59,725 nucleotides of DNA from a virus (lineage: Duplodnaviria > Caudoviricetes): the IMG/VR virus record IMGVR_UViG_3300045744_000002, positions 1 to 59,725 of that record, one strand, 5' to 3'. Position numbers and translations under genes: made by a program. Each line of letters begins with the position of its first letter. Within the stretch, counting starts at the first letter, position 1. Positions 55,673 through 59,725 of this stretch are shown piece by piece. Below the pieces are notes generated by a model. It was not told where the DNA came from and ran no database searches. It saw only the letters and a program-made list of their open reading frames with translations.

Positions 55673-55867
55673 TTACAGCGGTTGGATCGCGTCCAGCACG
55701 TACGGGTGAAAGTACGTGCGGAACAGCGAAATGGCGGCGTCCAGGCTGGCGGCTTCCAGCGTCATGCTGGTGTAGCTCCGGTCGGAACAGGTAGTGCGGT
55801 AGTAGATCAGGAAGGGATGAAGGGGGATGCGGGCCAGACCGGAGGCATCGATGGTCAATTCGCACAT
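55673..55867 (-). CDS. Hypothetical protein
   Basis: Short ORF; start uncertain. Confidence 0.5.
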   Translation of the reverse strand: MCELTIDASGLARIPLHPFLIYYRTTCSDRSYTSMTLEAASLDAAISLFRTYFHPYVLDAIQPL

Positions 55868-55874
55868 GAGAGAT

Positions 55875-56039
55875 TTACCGAGTCGGTAACGGTGTGGGAT
55901 TACAACGGCGCAAATGCTGCAAGAACAATCGCACACTGTACCCGTTGCACGCCTGCGTCAAGTCGTCCGGCCAGCGGACGAACCAGGTCTTAAAATAGCC
56001 ATCCCAATAAAGGCGCGGTTTAGCCGTCTGGCCGTCCAT
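55875..56039 (-). CDS. Hypothetical protein
   Basis: Short ORF; start uncertain. Confidence 0.45.
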   Translation of the reverse strand: MDGQTAKPRLYWDGYFKTWFVRWPDDLTQACNGYSVRLFLQHLRRCNPTPLPTR

Positions 56040-56166
56040 CAGCGCACCCATGCGAACAGGCGTTGCCAGAACGACTGGCGCACAGCATGACGCTTGCAAC
56101 ACATCACATGAGCGCGTGGATTCTGGAAATGGAACGGATAGGTGTTGCGAATGTCACGACGCGTAG

Positions 56167-56403
56167 TCATCGTATTACCTCTAAGTCAATATCAATGTCT
56201 GTTATGGGATTGATGATACTGTCCGGGATGGTGGCTATGTAGGTGGCTTCCGGAAAGTGCATCAACGCGTGTTGCGGACTTGCTGCTTTTATCCACGCTT
56301 GTACAGTGCCATCGATGCGTATGCTGAGCGACGTTGATCCTTGAAACTGGTCGGCGTAGGGACGGAAATCGTCCGGTGTGAAGTCGAGTCGGTATACAGG
56401 CAT
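56167..56403 (-). CDS. FPEA-motif paralogue 4 (78 aa)
   Basis: MPVYRLDF...WIKAASPQHALMHFPEA...ID. Confidence 0.75.
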   Translation of the reverse strand: MPVYRLDFTPDDFRPYADQFQGSTSLSIRIDGTVQAWIKAASPQHALMHFPEATYIATIPDSIINPITDIDIDLEVIR

Positions 56404-56666
56404 TACGGTTGCTCCAGCACGTCGTAATCAATGCGGTGATCACCGCGCTGAATACCATGCACTTCGTCGATCACCTCGGCTTCAGGAAACGCCAGCGCTA
56501 CCTGGACCGGGTTGTCAGCCCATACCCATGTATTGAACGCTTCGGACCGGACCGTGACAACAGTACCGTTCGGCCATTTCTTTTCGCGCTCGCCTTTCAA
56601 CCCGTTCGCGAGGTAGTGCTGATGCGCGGCTTCGTTGTCTGCAAAGCTTATGCGATAACATGGCAT
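56403..56666 (-). CDS. FPEA-motif paralogue 3 (87 aa)
   Basis: MPCYRISF...WVWADNPVQVALAFPEA...IDY. Confidence 0.75.
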   Translation of the reverse strand: MPCYRISFADNEAAHQHYLANGLKGEREKKWPNGTVVTVRSEAFNTWVWADNPVQVALAFPEAEVIDEVHGIQRGDHRIDYDVLEQP

Positions 56667-56673
56667 GGTGTAG

Positions 56674-56876
56674 TCACTCAATGACGTAGTCGATAGCTGG
56701 ATGATCGCGTTCGATGTCGATACGCATATCGATAGCCGTCGCTTCGGGAAAATGGAGCGCCACCTGGACGGTGTTTGCCGCGAACACCCAGATAGGATCG
56801 CCGTCCTTCACGCCGCACTGTTTTGTGCAGCGCGCTCGTCTTCGTAGCAATCAAACCTCAGTACGAACACGGGCAT
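56674..56876 (-). pseudogene. FPEA-motif paralogue 2, split by a one-base frameshift
   Basis: MPVFVLRF... stops after 22 codons. The -1 frame continues QCG...WVFAANTVQVALHFPEA...IDYVIE*. One extra A at 56821..56824 restores a 67-aa ORF. Confidence 0.75.
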
Positions 56877-56882
56877 AGGTCA

Positions 56883-57095
56883 TCACTCGATAACGTAATC
56901 GATGTCTTCGTCGTCCCACGACACCAACCCGATAAACGAGTGGATAGTCGCTTCGGGGAACATCAACGCAACCTGCACCTTGTTGTCTGCCCTGACCCAG
57001 ACGTTGTTGCGATCGGGGCAGCGCTCGCCGCGCGGAAAAAGATGCTTGTATGCGTTGAACGTATCAGCGTCGAACAGCAGACGGAACAGTGCCAT
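56883..57095 (-). CDS. FPEA-motif paralogue 1 (70 aa)
   Basis: MALFRLLF...WVRADNKVQVALMFPEA...IDYVIE. Confidence 0.75.
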   Translation of the reverse strand: MALFRLLFDADTFNAYKHLFPRGERCPDRNNVWVRADNKVQVALMFPEATIHSFIGLVSWDDEDIDYVIE

Positions 57096-57096
57096 G

Positions 57097-57399
57097 TCAT
57101 GCGCTCGGTGTCGGTGAAGGGAACGCATCGCGCGCGGTGCGCAGTGACATGAATTCGTCCACCATCACGCCGTACTCGCTGTCGCTCAGCTCGCCGTGTG
57201 CGCGCACTGTGTAACCGTGCTCGCGCAGCCAGTGCGCAGCCTGGTCGATTGTGTAGGCGCTTCGCTGGTCGAAGTCGAACGTGACGTGGTCGCTCGCATC
57301 GCGCCCGCTGATGAGCTTCACGCGCGACGGCTTCGTGTTGGTGGGGCCGAGGTACTTTGCGCGTATCAGGTGCGTAACGGGGATGGTGTTCGTGGTCAT
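57097..57399 (-). CDS. Hypothetical protein (KYLGPTNT motif)
   Basis: ATG 57399 after GGAG SD; KYLGPTNTKPSRVK motif. Confidence 0.75.
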   Translation of the reverse strand: MTTNTIPVTHLIRAKYLGPTNTKPSRVKLISGRDASDHVTFDFDQRSAYTIDQAAHWLREHGYTVRAHGELSDSEYGVMVDEFMSLRTARDAFPSPTPSA

Positions 57400-57445
57400 G
57401 GTGGTCTCCAATTGAATGCGCGCGAGCGCTGGGTTCACTTACAAG

Positions 57446-57461
57446 GTTACCGACCGGTAAC
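57446..57461. promoter_or_regulatory. Palindrome GTTACCG-AC-CGGTAAC (copy 6)
   Basis: Intergenic, just after the stop of 57464..57841. Confidence 0.7.
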
Positions 57462-57463
57462 CC

Positions 57464-57841
57464 TCAAAAAATCATGTTCATGTAGTACAGCCCGCGCTCA
57501 CCCGTGCAGTGTGCGGTACACCACGTGGCCGAGTCTTCGGGATCGATGTCCACGCGAACAAGGAAGATCGCCATCGCGCTAGGCTCACGGTGATAGACGC
57601 CACGCAAAGAGATGTGCCGGTAGGGCTCCAGCTCGGCGCGTACGACGTCCAGGATGCGCGCATCGATGATCGGGTTGCCCGTCGCCACTTCCCGGCGCAC
57701 GCGCTTGGCGAGATGGCCCCAGTGGTCATAGGCGTGCAGCGCGATGTTCAGGAAATGAACCCCTTCCCGATGCCATGGACGTTCCGAGCGCGATTGCCAA
57801 TAGTGGCGAGTGGTCAGGCCGAGAAAGTGCGCAGCGATCAT
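57464..57841 (-). CDS. Hypothetical protein (125 aa)
   Basis: ATGA-coupled. Confidence 0.65.
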   Translation of the reverse strand: MIAAHFLGLTTRHYWQSRSERPWHREGVHFLNIALHAYDHWGHLAKRVRREVATGNPIIDARILDVVRAELEPYRHISLRGVYHREPSAMAIFLVRVDIDPEDSATWCTAHCTGERGLYYMNMIF

Positions 57842-58209
57842 GCGTTGGCCTGCTTGCCCAGCTCCGACGCTGGATCGACGAAGGCGAAGTAAAGGCGCAG
57901 CGGCAACGCGGCGGGAAAGCCACGCAGCACGGACCGGCTGCCACGATAGGGGGCGGTGTGCGCACGGACTGCGCGGAAAGCGTTCGTGACGAAGTTCGGT
58001 TGATCGGTAGGCGCCATGCGCAGCTGGTCATTGTGCAGTGACTGCAGTACGGCGTACTGGACGCTCGCCAGCGTGGCAACGTCGCGGGACAACGTAATGA
58101 CCACGTGAGGGACGGGGAGTGCGAGCCACGGCTCATCCGCACCCGTCACGGCCACGCGAACCATGACGAGCGGAATGTGGAGGGGCGCGTTGGGGTCGAC
58201 GAGAGGCAT
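57838..58209 (-). CDS. Hypothetical protein (123 aa)
   Basis: GGAG SD. Confidence 0.7.
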   Translation of the reverse strand: MPLVDPNAPLHIPLVMVRVAVTGADEPWLALPVPHVVITLSRDVATLASVQYAVLQSLHNDQLRMAPTDQPNFVTNAFRAVRAHTAPYRGSRSVLRGFPAALPLRLYFAFVDPASELGKQANA

Positions 58210-58900
58210 GAGTGCTCCGGGTGTTTGTAGCTGGTCTAGACAGCATGGATGCTAGTTAGACACGTGTGTTGTGTCAAGAACATGTTTGGGCGCTTTAGAC
58301 ACGTTCAGGCATCTGGCACGAGTACTAAATTAGACACGTCGAGACAGTGGGAGGGGGTGGACAGAGCGTGGGAATATTTGGGGCGAATATTCACTCGCTG
58401 GGGCGCAACCAGCCCCCACACGTAGCTATAGTGCCCCGAAGCCATGACCACGCAACATTCTATTCTTTTTATGTATATATATATTTATTTAGTTTAATAG
58501 ATAAATAAGGTGTTCTGTCTCAGTAAATTCTACGTTTTACTGACTTTTATAAACTGCTCACTGCACGAGTACGCGATATCGTCTGCCATGCCCGAACGTA
58601 TTTCGGGGAAAAGTGCCCTTCGCTCAGTCTTTTTTGGTTTGGTGAAAAACTATCGTGTCTGTGTGCATCTAAGCAAAACGGAATCGTGTCTGAGGATGTC
58701 TGGGAAATCGATCACCTAGCGCCTAACTATTTTGCAAACTAATAGGCGAACTATTTCATAAACTATTTTGTAAACTATTGGACGAATTATTGCGGTGAAA
58801 TAGTTTAGCTCTACGCAGCACTGCCTCGACATGTCTGATTCGATAGTTGCGATTTTCGTGCCTGTTACTGCCTACACTTGTTTGATTCAGTAACGCGGCC
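58210..58900. other. Non-coding origin/terminus-like region
   Basis: TTAGACACGT x3, AT-rich core about 58460..58510, ATCGTGTCTG x2 in inverted orientation, AACTATT array. Confidence 0.6.
58725..58805. repeat. AACTATT-like heptamer x6 at exact 12-bp period plus one inverted copy
   Basis: Starts at 58725, 58737, 58749, 58761, 58773, 58785; AATAGTT at 58799. Confidence 0.9.
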
Positions 58901-58903
58901 ACG

Positions 58904-58930
58904 AAAAAGCCCCGAAATATTCCGGGGCTT
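58904..58930 (-). terminator. Intrinsic terminator
   Basis: AAGCCCCG-N8-CGGGGCTT preceded by an A-run; downstream of the wrapping gene. Confidence 0.8.
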
Positions 58931-58960
58931 CGTCTGAAAACTACATAGCACGCTCGGGGC

Positions 58961-59725
58961 TTAATCCCCCGGCGTTAACCCTTCGAGCACATCCACGGCG
59001 TCCTTGAGCAGCTCGGACAATTCCTTGACGCGCGACAGCTGTCGGGGTTTGACATCCACCTTGCCCAGGCTCTTGAGCAGGTCACCCAGCGCGGCCAAGG
59101 CCACGGGCGCCCACGCGTCCATCGAATCGCTCTTGGGAATCCGAGGGAGCTGTGCGCCACGGGGTTTGGCCTCTTTGGCGAAGTTCTCCGCCGATTCCGC
59201 GAACTCGATCGCTTCCTCACCTGCGCGCGTGATCGCCTTTTTCAGTTCGGCCCCCTTGAGCGCCGCTTTCTTGATCTGCTTGCCCAGTTCCTTCGCCTTG
59301 CGCAACGCCGTGAGCACGTTCGCACGCTTGTCGCCCGCCTGCTCACACGCCGCGTCGATGATGCGTCGCGCATTGTCGTAGCCGAACTGGTGACCGATGG
59401 CGAACGCGCAGTTGAACTCGCTCGCGCGTACCTTGGCATCACTACGCCCCAGAAACTGCGCGGGCGCCACGCTGCGCGTCACGCACGCCCGAAACAGCGC
59501 CACGGCCGCTTGCTTCACTTCGCCGTCCGCGTTCAAGAACGCGTCCACGACGCCTTGATCGACGTGTAGGACCGGCGTGACGGGATCGGCGGCTTTGAGG
59601 GTGTTGGGCGCCGGTTCCAGGTGCTCGACGGTGACGGCCTGGTCGTTGATGGTCTCGACGGTGGTGCTGAGCACGGCTGGCGGGGCAGGAATGGCAACGA
59701 CCGTGGCGGACTTACGGATGGACTT
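58961..59725 (-). CDS. Hypothetical Ala/Lys-rich helical protein (continues from ATG at 133)
   Basis: Open to the contig end and continuous through the terminal overlap. Confidence 0.85.
   Translation of the reverse strand, partial: KSIRKSATVVAIPAPPAVLSTTVETINDQAVTVEHLEPAPNTLKAADPVTPVLHVDQGVVDAFLNADGEVKQAAVALFRACVTRSVAPAQFLGRSDAKVRASEFNCAFAIGHQFGYDNARRIIDAACEQAGDKRANVLTALRKAKELGKQIKKAALKGAELKKAITRAGEEAIEFAESAENFAKEAKPRGAQLPRIPKSDSMDAWAPVALAALGDLLKSLGKVDVKPRQLSRVKELSELLKDAVDVLEGLTPGD
59599..59725. repeat. Terminal direct repeat, copy 2
   Basis: Identical to 1..127. Confidence 0.95.

Noticed and set aside
56815-56830. Programmed -1 ribosomal frameshift in paralogue 2
   Set aside because: A-CAA-AAC is not a canonical X-XXY-YYZ slippery heptamer; a simple indel is more likely.
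58510-58719. 69-aa plus-strand ORF in the origin-like region
   Set aside because: Atypical codon usage, opposite to the local gene direction, and it overlaps repeat sites.

Overview
Apparently complete, circularly assembled genome of a tailed dsDNA phage with podovirus-type morphogenesis genes (59,598 bp plus a 127-bp end overlap, 1..127 = 59599..59725). Overlapping spanins indicate a Gram-negative host. The rightward arm (0.5-30.9 kb) holds an FN3-like repeat protein, two tail-fibre loci, a lysis cassette, an inverted terS/terL pair, portal, scaffold, major capsid, adaptors, nozzle and three probable ejection proteins. The leftward arm (31-59.6 kb) holds a primase-DUF927 helicase, SSB, SNF2-like helicase, nucleases, family A DNA polymerase, a MoxR-vWA-DUF3150-like module and many small ORFs. 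No integrase, tRNA, CRISPR array or reverse transcriptase was seen. Best leads: (1) a near-canonical GGDEF (diguanylate cyclase-like) domain inside the 2622-aa probable ejection protein, next to an HExxH metallopeptidase, suggesting c-di-GMP signalling delivered by the virion; (2) six exact GTTACCG-NN-CGGTAAC palindromes confined to the early arm; (3) a pair of secreted proteins, one Gly/Ser-rich and amyloid-like; (4) two arrays of small paralogues, one joined by an exact 26-bp repeat; (5) an origin/terminus-like region with a 12-bp periodic repeat. All family calls are by eye from motifs and synteny; no database searches were run.
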